DNA from: Elsinoe ampelina
Lineage: Eukaryota
DNA length: 64,000 nt
Assembly (NCBI GenBank): GCA_010093995.1
Contig: ML992517.1
Location: 262,677 to 326,676, forward strand
Direction: 5' to 3'
Part shown: piece after piece, positions 25,901 through 38,566 of the stretch
How positions within the stretch are numbered: the stretch's first letter is position 1
Layout: every line of letters starts with the position of its first letter
The notes under the pieces: generated by a model
Database searches by the model: none
Seen by the model: the letters and a program-made list of their open reading frames with translations, nothing else
What the model was told of the DNA's origin: nothing
Translations under genes and position numbers: made by a program

Positions 25901-28900
25901 CTAGCTATTTCTAGGCTTGTATAGCTTCTATCTTCTTTAGATCTATTTTAACTCTATCTCGGCTAATAATAATACTAAGATACTTTACCTCTGTTAGGTA
26001 GAACTTACTCTTCTTAATATTAGTATTTAGGCCTAATTCGTAGAGTCTCTAGAGCACTAGCTTAATATACTTAGCGTGCTCTTAGTAGGAGCCGTTCGTA
26101 TAGATAAGAATATTATCTAGGTAGATCGACACGAAGCGCTCTAGTATATTAACGAAGTTATAATTTATAAACCTCTACTAGACTATAGAGGCATTAGTAA
26201 GGCTAAATAGTATTACTAGCTACTTAAAGTTACTTATGCGTATAAAGAATATAGTAAGATCTTTACTATCGACAGAGTTATAGAGGTAGTAGAAGGCTTA
26301 ATAGATATTAATCTTGCTAAACTATTTAGCCTTACTTACGCACGTAAGCGTTTCTTCGATAAGGGGTAGAGAATAGACATCTTACTTAGTTACCTTATTA
26401 AGGCTATAGTAGTTAACGTAGAGACAAAGTTCTCTATCTAGCTTATAAATAAAGAGAATAGGTAAGGAATAGCTAGTAGAACTTAGTGTAATAAAGCCTT
26501 TATTAAGATATTCTTAGATAAATTGTTCTACTATATCGAGTTCTTCTAGTAATAGGTAGTATAAAGGCTCTATATGTAGTAGCTTAGCGCTATCTTTAAG
26601 TATAATACAGTTGTCGAAATTCGGCCGATGCTAAGGAAGTATATTAGATTATTCTTTAGAGAAGATATTAGTAAACTTCTATAACTCCTCTAGGAGGACT
26701 ACTATAGGATCCGGTGCTAGCTTAGAGGCTATCTAGTAGTAGTCTTTAATATTCTTTACTAAGATTATAAACACCTTATTCTCTTAGTATTTAGCTACTA
26801 ATATAAAGGCAGCGGCGCTAATAAAAGCGATAGTTAGCTCTTCTTACTTAGTGTTACTTACATAGGCAGGTACGTAGAAGAACTTATATATTAACTAAGT
26901 ACTATAGGAGGTTAGCTTAAACTCTCCCTAATTTAGCTTAAAGTTCGACCTAAGAGCTAGTAGTCGATATAGTCTAGTTTACTCTATCTCGGTAGCCGAG
27001 CTAGAACCTAGTTCACGTATTAAACTAGAACTAAACTAATTCTAAACTAAAATAGTAGCTTTGCCGAGCTAGATTCCTAGATCTAAGCCGGGCTTAGATC
27101 TAGATTCTAGCCTTTCAATTAGCTATAGCGGCTTCTACTTAATAACTGTTAGCGAAAACTCTTCTTTATATATAACTCGGCCGTGCTTGTAGTTAATAGT
27201 GGCCCTATTAGCCTTAAGCTAGCCGAGGCTAAGGATAATATTAAATCGGCTAATATCTATAATGCGAAAGGTAGTAAGGTTATTTAGCTTACTAGAAATA
27301 GTAGTAGTAAGAGAAACACTATATGTAACTTGCTCTATTAGAACACTATTATAGGCTTAAAGCTAAATAGGACTAGCTAGTGCTACGGGGCAGCCGAAGC
27401 TCTTTAGCTTATTAAGAACATTATAATTAACTACGGCGCTAATAAGCGCGCTAGTGTCGATAAAGGCTTAAAGTATAATAGTGCGTAAGCGGTTATAGAG
27501 GTCGTAAATAGTAATAGAAGTTATAATAGCAGGGATATAGTAGCTAATAACACTATTTAGTAACTATATACCTCCGGATCTATCTCGAATTACCCTTATT
27601 CCGCTAGAGGATAGGACTTGTTCTCTAGCTACTTATTTCCCTAGCTAGAGAAACTAGTAGGCTCGTAGTCTATTTCGGGGTCGAACTAAGACTTAACTAG
27701 ATCTAGTTTGTAAGCCGAACTAGTGTCGACCTAGTTACTTAACTCGGCTAAGCAATCCTAAAGCTGCTATATCTCCTCTATAGCGCTAATATATATAAGG
27801 CATATAGCGGCGTAAGTAGCCTTCTCTAAGGCGCTAGCTATACACTTAGTAGAGATATATCTAGGCTTGCTATATATATAACAGGTAAGTACTAGAGCTA
27901 GACGAAAAAGCTATAGAGCACCTCTAGTAATAGGGCAGAAGGTAGGTAGAGCTATAGGCGTAGAGGTAAAATAAGGTACGTAAGTAGGTATAGTAGTAGT
28001 GTAGCTTATAGCTAGTATAGAACACAAAGCCTAAGTGCGCTTAGTAATAAGGTTGTTCTATCGAATATTATAGTTAGTAGCGTAGGCCTTAGTAATAAAG
28101 GTAGTAAGTTTATTAGTGTTATAGTTAACTAGAGTATTATATAGCTTATTAGATATCTTCTAACAGATCTAGTATAGCTACTTCTCTTTAGCAATCTTAG
28201 CGCGAAAAGCGTACTTATTAAACTTGCTAATAAAGGAGTTAAATATACTATTACACTAGAAGAGGTTAGCAAACTAAGTATATATAGTAGCTCTATAGTT
28301 AGGATCCTCGAAGCGCTAGGCTAGGAGAGTAAGAATCTCTTTAACGCTAATAACGTCGTTACTAGCTAAGTCTATAATAAGGGTATAGGCTTCTCTAGAG
28401 AGGCGTAAGTATAGATAGATAAACTAAGTGTCCCTTGTAGGGAAACGATCTACGTTAGTGTATATCTTATTTCTTATCTAGTACTTAAAGACCTCGAACT
28501 ACTCCGGTGTACCTATACTAAAGATAGTAGAGTCTAGTATCTTTTCTAACAAGGTAGAGCCACGTATAGAAAGGGCTAGTATACCACACTCTATCTCGTC
28601 TCTTAGTTAGTCTACCTTAGCCTTAAGCTTTTAGATTTTGTCTAGGTAGTAAGTAGCTTAGGTAGTAACGCCATTAGTATAGAACTAAGATATATCTAGT
28701 TCAGATTAGAAGTTACTAAGCTAGGCCTAAGTAGTATCTAACTTATAGTAATAGTAGAGAGCGTTAGTATAAGTGTCTTTTACCTATATAGTCTACTTAT
28801 TATAGAAGGACTTAATATAGTTAAATACATCTCTTAGTGCCTATATACTATACTCTTCCTATAGCTTCTTAAGGAGTCTAGCGTTAGAAAGAGCAAAAAG

Positions 28901-29665
28901 ATTATAGTAGGGGGAGTAGATAGAGGCGTTATTGTTGTTAGGGATAGGTTAAGGTAGCTTACTTTAGTAGCGCTCTTCGTCGCTATAGTTAGATTAAGCT
29001 ATACTTAGCGTAGTTAGTTGTAAATAGAATAGTATAAAAAGTCAATACGTAACAAAGGGAATATTAAAATTTTTAGCCGGTAGTCTACTTCCTTTAAGAG
29101 TCGTCTATAACTCGACTTATTACCTTCTTCTTATATCTTTAGAGTTTGCAGTATTAACCTATATAGCGGTAGCGAGGATCTATTATAGTGTGCGCGGGAA
29201 CTGTAGTTATAATAGCTTCTTCTTCGATTCTTTAATTCTTTATAAGTAGTAGTTATTAGTAGTTACATAAGTAGTAGAATAACTAGATAGTTTAATAGCT
29301 CTATTACTCGGTCGCGGTCGTTTCGAAGTCTTAATATAGTAATTATAACTAGCAAGACAAGAGGTTAATTACGTCTATTCGTTAAGATATTAAGACTTAG
29401 AAGAAGAAGAAGAAAAGCTAGTATATAAAGCACATATAATATCGAGAGTAGAGCGGCCGGAAGCCCGGGCTACGATGCTAAGATTACGTAACTAATCTAA
29501 ACTAGATCCTAACTGAATCTAGTTCGTATCTATCTCGCATTATAAACACTATAAACTATTTCCTAATTAGGCTACGTTACGTGTCCTAGGTTGCCTTATC
29601 TTAGCGTAGAGTTAATTAGTTATCTAGAACTTATTCCGTAGGTCTCTTAAGAGACCTTTATAATA
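22976..29665 (-). repeat. 5' LTR of B, split by A copy 2
   Basis: 22976-23279 (304 bp) + 29548-29665 (118 bp) = 422 bp, matching 9007-9428. Confidence 0.93.
23280..29542 (-). mobile_element. Chromovirus family A copy 2, full length 6263 bp
   Basis: 203-bp LTRs 23280-23482 and 29340-29542, TSD TAAAC (23275-23279, 29543-29547), FIDT protease motif ~27450-27465, IYLD RT motif ~26105-26126. Confidence 0.96.
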
Positions 29666-30999
29666 AAGTAGTAGAAGAAGTAGTCTCCTTAATATAACTA
29701 ATCTATACTAGCGTAACGCTCTTAACTAAAAATCTAAGCTTATTCTATATAAAGTTCTTTATCTACTAACTAGAATAGGTAGTAACTAACTTATTATAAA
29801 TAAGATTATTACTCTTTAGAGTCTAGCCTTTACTAATAAGGCTATAGGTTATAGTAATATTAATAGGCTAAAGATAGTAACTAGTAAGCTTTAAGAGTAT
29901 ACTTAACTAAGTAATTACTATATAGTATAGTATATTAATAGCTTTATAGATAGTTCTTGCCTTAGTAATAGTATTAAAACTACTCTAGGTAGTATTACTA
30001 AAATAGAGGTACTAGTCTATATAGAGGTCTAAGTTCTCTAGGTTATAGATAGTATTATAGATAGCCTATTACTATTTATCCTTATAGTTATAACTCTTTC
30101 TAACTTAATTATAAGTCTTATATATAGTAGAGAAGGTAGACTTCTATTCTTAAGTAGTTATATTAATAATCTTCTCTATATAGAAGTAGTTAATAATAGT
30201 AAAAATTATATCTTCTATATAGCCTTAAGTAGAGCTTATAAAGTTAAGAGTATAGTTATAGAACTCTAAGTAATTCTTAGGGGAAAGTATCTTTATAAAT
30301 ATAATAACCTCTTTAGCGTTCTTAAAAGTATTATCTCTATAGTAGAAAAGCACTTAGCTATTACTATTACTATTACTATGCCTATTACTATAGCTACTAG
30401 TATTAGAAGGGATAACTAATAAGCTAGGGTTAGTACTAGGCTATCTAGTATTATCTACTATAGTAGCGTATAAATCGTAGTATAAAATCTTAGTAGTAGT
30501 ATATATAAAAGTTATATAGGACGTTAGAATTTTACGCTATAGCTATAGATAATTAAATAAAACTAGCTCTAATTAAACTAAAGAGAGATACTCTCTAAAG
30601 TTATATAGAAAGAGATAATACTTATAAAAGTATAGAAAGGTATAGTATAAGGTAGAAGAATATTAAAGGTAGTTATTAATATAATATAAATTTTTCTACT
30701 ATAGTAGTAAGCGCTCTCTTATAGTAAGATAGATAACTCTCATTATATCTAAAACTTTTATATATCTTAAAGGTACCTTATACCTCTATATCTCTTCTTT
30801 TTCTTTTATATCTATAGTTATTTCTTTATCTTTATCTTTTACCTACTCTATATTTATTACTTATAACCTCTATAACTAGCTATTTACCTCTCTATCTATA
30901 CTTTTCTTCTTTATCTCTATTTTCCTTTTAAAAAAATCTTACTAAATAAAGATACTAAATAAAGACTATACTAAAGAAACTACTTAAATAAAAAAGATC

Positions 31000-33900
31000 T
31001 TCTTTATAAACCTTAGTAAATAACTCTCGCTAGTATAACTACTAATCTAGATTAGAAGTAATTCTAGCTTTAAGCTAGGCTTATATCTAGGAGCTTCTAT
31101 TATCTTATATAACTAACTAAACTATACCTATTAGACCTAGCTATAGTAACGTAATTCCTTTACTACTATTAGAAAGCGTATAATAAAGATAGCTATTATA
31201 GGTAAAGCTAAATTCGTCTATACTTATAATACTATTATTATATAGTAGATATGTACTAGTAATATTCTATAATCTACTATTTAAGTATATATCGACCTTT
31301 TATATAGAAGTAGTATACTAGGCGCTTAAAGAGAGTAGTAGCTATAGATAATAGTCTTAATATTTATCTATAGATTAGTAAGAGACTTCTATTATAATAT
31401 CTAGAAAGGTAAAAAGTATATTATCTACAAGGATAGCTTTATATACTTTAAAGATTCTTAGCTTATAGTTAGTAGTTAGATATATACTAATAATAGCTCT
31501 CCTCTACTAATAAGTATCTATTCTAGATATAGTAAAACTCTAAATACCTTACGTCTCTAGAAACCTACTTATATTACTTATACTCCTCTAGATTAAAACT
31601 CTCTAGCTATTTAATCTTAACTACTAGTTCTTATATTAACTACTAGATCGTAGTAGCTTTAACTTATTATTTATTAACTAACTTATATAACTTTAGTTAT
31701 TATTAAATATATATTCTAGAAAGGTAATATTTATCTAGTTTAGCTAGCTTATAGTATTCTAAGTTATATATAGTAACTACTTGATATAGCTCTTACTATT
31801 TATCTTTAAGCTTATCTTATTATATCTTTCGTAGCTAAGAGTTATATACTAATACTACATTATTAATCTTTAGTTACTCTCTCTATATATTATAACTTAA
31901 GTCCTATATATCTTTATATTCTTCCTATAGATAAAGTACTCTTACTCTTATCTTTTCTAAGTTATTATTATATAGCTAAAGCTAATAAATATATATAGTA
32001 ACTAGGTCCTTATATATTTAAATAGTTATCTAGTCTTATATATACTATATATAGATCTTAAATTCTACTAGAAGAATAATATTATTACTATATATAAGTA
32101 TTACTAGAGTTTAGCTAGTAATATAGTTAGTAGTAGTTCTCTCTACTTATAATACTATATAAAGGTAATATATCTAGCTAGCGTTATTATTATTAGTTAA
32201 CTTTGTAAGGCTATTAACTATATTTAGATATTTATACTCTACCTTATTAGATTAAGAATTATAGAAAGATATAATAATATAATTAATATTATACTATAGG
32301 TATACTAAGAAAATAGCTTCTTTAAACTCTAGTTCTCTATTAAAGATAATACTACTAATAGTACTATACCTTATTATAATGTCTTTAAAGAGAAACCTTA
32401 TAATAGCCTTTATATTAGTAGTAGTAAGTCTATATGCCTCTAGCTAACTACTTATAGCTTCTCTTACTACTAATAAATACTTCTTACCTTAGGAGGCTAG
32501 TATATAAATAATATTAATATACTACTTAGTATAAAGAGTAGAAACGCCTAAAGTCTTAAGTTTCTTAGTAGAGTATTTCTATACTCTTCTCTAGTATTTA
32601 TTATATATCTCTATATAGTATTAGATATTTATATATATAGTTAGCTACTAATATCTATTAGAGGCTTTATACTAGGTCCCTTTTTATCCTTTATACTCTT
32701 CTTTATTATATACTACTTATATTATATATTTATACTCTATATTCTAGTCTATAACTCTTTATAGTAGTAATCTCTTATATATTTACTAATATAGGTACTC
32801 TTCTTTAACTAAGAAGTTATAGGTGTTATACTTAAACTAGATAAACTCTTTTATATCTATATCTACTAGGTGTTAAAGATTATAAAGGTATTTTGTAATT
32901 ATAATTAATTAGTTATTATAGTCTTATTTAAGAATATCTCTAATTTATAGTAGTTATATATTTATAAGGAAGAACTTATTATTAATAATATTCTTAATAT
33001 CTTAATTATAAGCTTCTTCTATATTATCTAATAGAAACCTTAGTCTTGATAAGAGTCTATCTGCTATAGAATTCTTAGTTCTAGAGATATATTAGATATT
33101 AAATATAAATAATTAAAGCTATATAATCTAGTATACTATAATAGATCTAGGAAGATTAGTAGTAGATCTATTTAGTTATACTATAAGGGTATTAGTATTA
33201 GTTTCTACTATAAAGCTAATACTATAGAGATATAACTTAACCTTCTATAATACTTTAAGTAACCTATAGTACTTACGCTTCTTAGTATTATACTTTTATT
33301 CTACGTTAGACTATATACTAGACTTAAAACGAATAATATATTATTGTTTTAGATTACTCTTATTAACTTATATAAGTGCTACTCTCTATCTAGAAAGGCT
33401 AGTATCTACTATAAGAATAATTTCTTTAGCTTTATCTATATAGTTAATAGGTATTAAGGCTAGTAGAGACATTAAAGCTACCTTAAGCTTATCTATTAAT
33501 TTCTAAGCTATAGTATCTTAAATAAATACTACCTCTATATAGAGTAATTAGTATAAGAGCTTAGCTATAATTACGAAGTTCCGTACCTATAGCCTATAGT
33601 ATATATAGACTCCTAGGAATAAGTATACCTCTATAGTAGTATTATATAGTAGCTACTTAATAATCTTTCTTACCTTTATATTATTAAGGTACCTTCCTTA
33701 GGTATTATATAAGAACTTAACTATACTTAGACCTACTTATAGAAACTAAAATTTAGTACCTAAGATAGTATAGCCTACTTATTTAATATCTATAAGTATA
33801 TAATTAATAGCCTAGATATATTTAAGTATAAACTAATAAATATTAAGCTTAGTCTCTTCTCTACTATAGTCTAACCTTAGACTTTTAATTTTATTATTAT

Positions 33901-36900
33901 TTATAAAGAGTTATATATTATAGAGAATCTAGTTATATAGAATAGTATTATTAACTTAGTAGAACTAAGCGATAGAATTAGTAGCGCCTTATAGTAATAT
34001 AGTATTCTATATAAGGCTAAGAAGTATTATAAATAATATAATATCTCTACTCTCTTTTACTAGTAGAACTTAGTTATACCTAGAGAAATAGTCTATAAGA
34101 GAAGTAACTTATATACTTATAAAGGACTTAGAGAAGTTATTAATAAATAGAGAAAGGTTAGTATTTTAAATTATAACTCTATTAATCTATATTACTATAT
34201 TAACTATTTAATACTAAGCTACTTTCTTTCTCTTAATTAGTATATCTTTCTTTTTTACTAAGAACTATAGGTTATAATATAATATATAGCTCTACTCTAC
34301 TAGCCTATTTAATATATAGTTCCTTACTATCTTTACTATAGTAGGTATTAGAGACTTTAGTATAGGGAACTTAGGCTCTTACTATAGAGTATATAGGATA
34401 GTCTATATCTTCTATAGTAGTACTACTTTAGATTAAACCTATCTAATCTTAGAGAAATTCTAAGCTAAGCTAGCCTCTTAATTAAGTAGTATCTATATAA
34501 ATAGCTCTTTCTCTTATAGCTAGACTTTAGCTCTAAGAATTAGCTTAGCCTATTACTCTTCTATTAGCTATAACCTAGAGTTAATATTAAAGAACTTAGA
34601 GATAAAATATTTATAGAAGGGTATAGACTAAAAGGAGAGAAAGGCTTCTTATTCTAGATAGTACCTTTACTAGTATAGATTTTCTCTAGGTATAGACCTA
34701 TTACTATTATTTATATCTATAAGCTATATCTTCTTATTCTTCTATTTATAGAGTATTCTTATAGCTATCTTAGCTATATCTCTATACCTTTAGAGGCTAA
34801 GCTTTACTACTAATAAGAGAGAAAACTAATTATTCTTCTAAGAAGTTTAAAACTCTAAGCTATACTTACCTAGAAAGAAGATAAACTAATAATATAATTT
34901 AGCTACTTCTATACTTTCTATATCTAAGCTAGGTTTAGATTTAGTAAGTATTACTATCTAGTAAAACTTTCTAACTTCTAGATCTAAGCTAGGCTTAAAT
35001 CTAAGTACTTCTATAGAGCTATATAACTACCTCTCTTTATTATTCTACTCTTTAGCAAATATTATATTTTTAGTGCCTAGCTATAGGTTATTTTCTAAGT
35101 TATATTTTATTAATACTATACTTTCTATAACTTTAAATACTTATACTAAAACTAAACTACTCTCTAAAGATAAAAGAGACTTTTCTAGTATTATACTTAT
35201 AATACCCTTACTAGGACTAATACTACCTACTTATTTAAAGACTTTAATATTTAAGTTAACTTATAGAATAAGTAGTTCTTTAGTCTCTTTAACCTAATAC
35301 TTTAGAAGATAACTTAGCGTATTTTATTATTAGACTAGATAGTACTCTACTAAGAACTATTATCTATATTTTATAATACGAAATAGGCTTTATATTTATA
35401 AAGGTAGCTAAGAATAATATATTTAGACTTATAGTCTATTAGTAAGAAATAAGTATTAGTTATTACTCTACTAATATTTACTATAATATTTATATAAGCT
35501 TCTAAAAAGAAACTTATACTAGTTACTCTAAGTATTTTAATACTAATCTCCTATATTAGTAAGCTAAGTTCTATAGCTAGGTTAGTTAATATAAGATTAT
35601 ACTTAGCGCTACTATCTAGTAAGGTACGTATAGAATAAGTATTATATCTAAGACTAATAATAATCCTTAGACTAGTAATAGTAACTAGCTTCTCTAATAA
35701 TCCTTACTATTCTATTTCCTAACTATTATTAAAAGCTATAAGCTTCTTAGGCTATTAGAGGAGATTTATAACTAAACGATAAGAGTAAAAGAGTTTAGAG
35801 ACCTTATTACTTAGTAGGTCTAGGTTATTAAACCTCTACTATAAAATATAAGAGAGAGGCTAAGATATTTTAAAAAGGGTATCTATATATAAGGTAATAT
35901 TAGAATCTAGAAGTAAGTATATAGTATCCTAAGAATCTATAGCTTATTAAAGTACCTTATTAAACTAATAAGTCTTTAGTAATCTCTTCTACCTAGTAGT
36001 AGTACCTCTATCTAGTATAGTAGTTCTAGCCTTTACCTCTATCTCTACGTTGTTATTCTCTTTTAGTTCTATAGTTATAGACTAGCTTTACTCTACCTAG
36101 ATACTAGTAAGAATTATAACTTTAGATAGGCCTAGTACTAGCTAATAGTTACTAGCTCGAAGAGACCTTACTATACTATATAACTAGTAAGTAACTCTAG
36201 GCTTCTATATACCTATAGCTAAGGCTCTAGCTTTATTTAATCGATTAGTAGCTATAGCCTAGTAAGTTACTACTAAAATAGAAACTTCCTATAGGAAAGA
36301 GAACTCTTTAAGTATAAAGTTAATATACTAAAGAGAATTATTAGCTTTCTTATTAGAATTATCCTCTATACTAGGTTACTAGTAATTTAAGTTCTATACG
36401 GAGAGCTTACTATATACTATTAAATATTATTTAATCTACTTCTTTTAAGACTATATACCTTCCTTATTATATTAGGTAAGCCTTCTAATTAGATTCTCTA
36501 GATTCTCTACTAATCTCTAGAATATCTACGCGCCTTAGAAATAGATTAAGCTATAATTTACTAAGTTTATAATTACTAGGTAGCTAGTATAGAAATAGCC
36601 TTCTTCCTTATAGAACTAGTAACCTCGAGGGTTTATAGAAGTAGAACTAATACTAGAGCTAGAAATAGAATAGCTATAAAGAACTAGAGTAGTATATTAA
36701 GTAAGTTAAGGCACTTATATCTACGTAGAGATAACTAAGTTTACCTATAATAGCTAAACAAATAACTTCTTAATTCTATAAACTAGTTTCTATATACTTA
36801 TTTCTAATACTAAAGTGTTGTTTACTTAGCTTAGTAGTAGCATAGCTTAAGTAAAGTATAGTTCTATTAATACTTTCTTTATAGTAGATTTAATACTAGA

Positions 36901-37700
36901 CTAAACTTCTAAAGTACTTTAAAAGGATTTAAGATATTATATCTCTAAGATCTTCTCCTTAGTAAGCTTCTAGATATAATTAAAATACTTAAAGCTACTT
37001 AGATACTTAATATCTATTCTACTCTTAGCTTAGATATAGTTCTAGATATAGGCTAGAAGCCCTTTAGTAAACTAAGTACCTCTTATAATAATATTAAGCC
37101 TAGTCTTACTAAGGGTATCTATAGCTCTTTTACATATCTAGTAGTATTATATTATCTCCTAGTAGAACTATTAGGGTACATCTTAAAGATATTCTAGGTA
37201 GGCGCGTAAAGTTATAAGGTAAGCTAAATCTATATTCTTAAAACTAAGTTTTATATTTACTTATAGGCTTTTCTAATCTTATTCTACCTAACTAGTATAT
37301 AACTTTATTTATTCCTAAATACTAGTAATATAGTATTAAGGGAGGCGTTATATAGTAATATCCTTAGATAGTTAGTAGGTACCTATAAAGGTATTCTATT
37401 CCTTAATAAACTCTATAACCTTAGAACTATTAAAGAAGAAAGCTCTCTACTAACTAGAGTTTAGTACTAGTATTATTACCTATACTATAAATAGCTATAT
37501 AGTCTAATTAATTATTAATAGTAGTAGAGTTAGTTATAATAGTAGCTATAAGAATAAGGTTAAAGAAGAAGCTATAGCCTTCTTCTTCTTAATAGATAGA
37601 AGGGACTTACCTATTCTAGTAGACTTTTCTTTATTATTATTACTACTAGCTAAGGTAAGAGGTAGTAGATCTTAATACTTATTAAATAATAAGCTTACTC
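31000..37700 (-). pseudogene. gag-pol remnant of E; boundaries approximate
   Basis: SLIDYFS(G)Y(DQ)V..ESRD, L(PQ)GATNSIA(Q)F and (P)F(VDD)..IK(GP) at ~33880-34110; EV..FLGV(C).YYRL(W)VRNF at ~33570-33640. Confidence 0.85.
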
Positions 37701-38346
37701 TAAACTTATCTATTATAGTAGTAGTTAGCTAATTTAAGCTTTAGTTTCTCTTCCTTCTTAAAAATAAAATTATATATATTATATATTTTTCTATTAGGAT
37801 AAGAAGTAATACTTATATTCTCTTTAGGTACTTTACTATAGAAGATCTCTTTTTTATATAACTCCTAGTATAGTTCTAAGCTATAGAGTATAAAGGGAAG
37901 CCTTTATACTCTATCTAATTATACTACTAAAGAGATCTAGTATATAACTTATATTATATTTTAGATTTAAGCTAGGCTTAGATCTAGAAGTAGTAATAAT
38001 TATAATTATCTATAAGGCATATTTAGGGTCCTAGTTGCTCTAAAGTATTAGAGTTTTCTTAATTTCTATATTATACTACTTCTAATAAATCCTTTTAAGT
38101 ATTCTAGTATATAGTAGTATACTAAAGGTAGTATTATTCTTAATACTAGTAGGTTATTAATCCTAGGTAAATATTATATTATACTATAAAGATAACTATA
38201 GACTATAAATATATATACTATATATAACTCTATATTCCTAAACCCCTATAGAAGCTAGAATAGTCTTTAATATACGTAACTAAATATAAGTAATACTTAA
38301 TAGAACCTTAACTACGAATTATATAGTCCTTAGATAAGATTACTAA

Positions 38347-38542
38347 TATTATAGTATAGGTTACTTCCTAGTATTAAGTAGAGATACTTAGGCCTTATTA
38401 CTATTATTACGTTAAAGCTACTAGTCTATTACGTTATATATATCTATTACTATATTAGTTATCTATAATACTATCTACGTATCTCGATATTTCTTTATAA
38501 TAATAGCTATAGGTTAGGTAACTCGCGTCTTAGCCTATAATA
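38347..38542 (-). repeat. 5' LTR of E
   Basis: Direct repeat of 6476-6671, followed by CTAG. Confidence 0.92.
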
Positions 38543-38566
38543 CTAGATAATAGACTATAATATAGT

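Larger units (their letters stand above)
9007..29665 (-). mobile_element. Ty3/Gypsy chromovirus family B, ~6.9 kb net of three nested insertions
   Basis: 422-bp LTRs (9007-9428; 22976-23279 joined to 29548-29665), TSD AAGTA (9002-9006, 29666-29670), PPT complement ctattcctcttc at 9429. Confidence 0.95.
6476..38542 (-). mobile_element. Ty3/Gypsy LTR retrotransposon family E (probably Ylt1-like clade), ~11.4 kb after removing nested element B
   Basis: 196-bp direct repeats at 6476-6671 and 38347-38542, CTAG on both outer flanks (4-bp TSD), pyrimidine tract (PPT on minus strand) at 6672-6685, RT motifs at ~33550-34110. Confidence 0.9.

Noticed and set aside
35073..35297. 74-aa + strand ORF
   Set aside because: Antisense to E gag-pol; I/L/T/S/Y-rich composition typical of RIP-degraded DNA.
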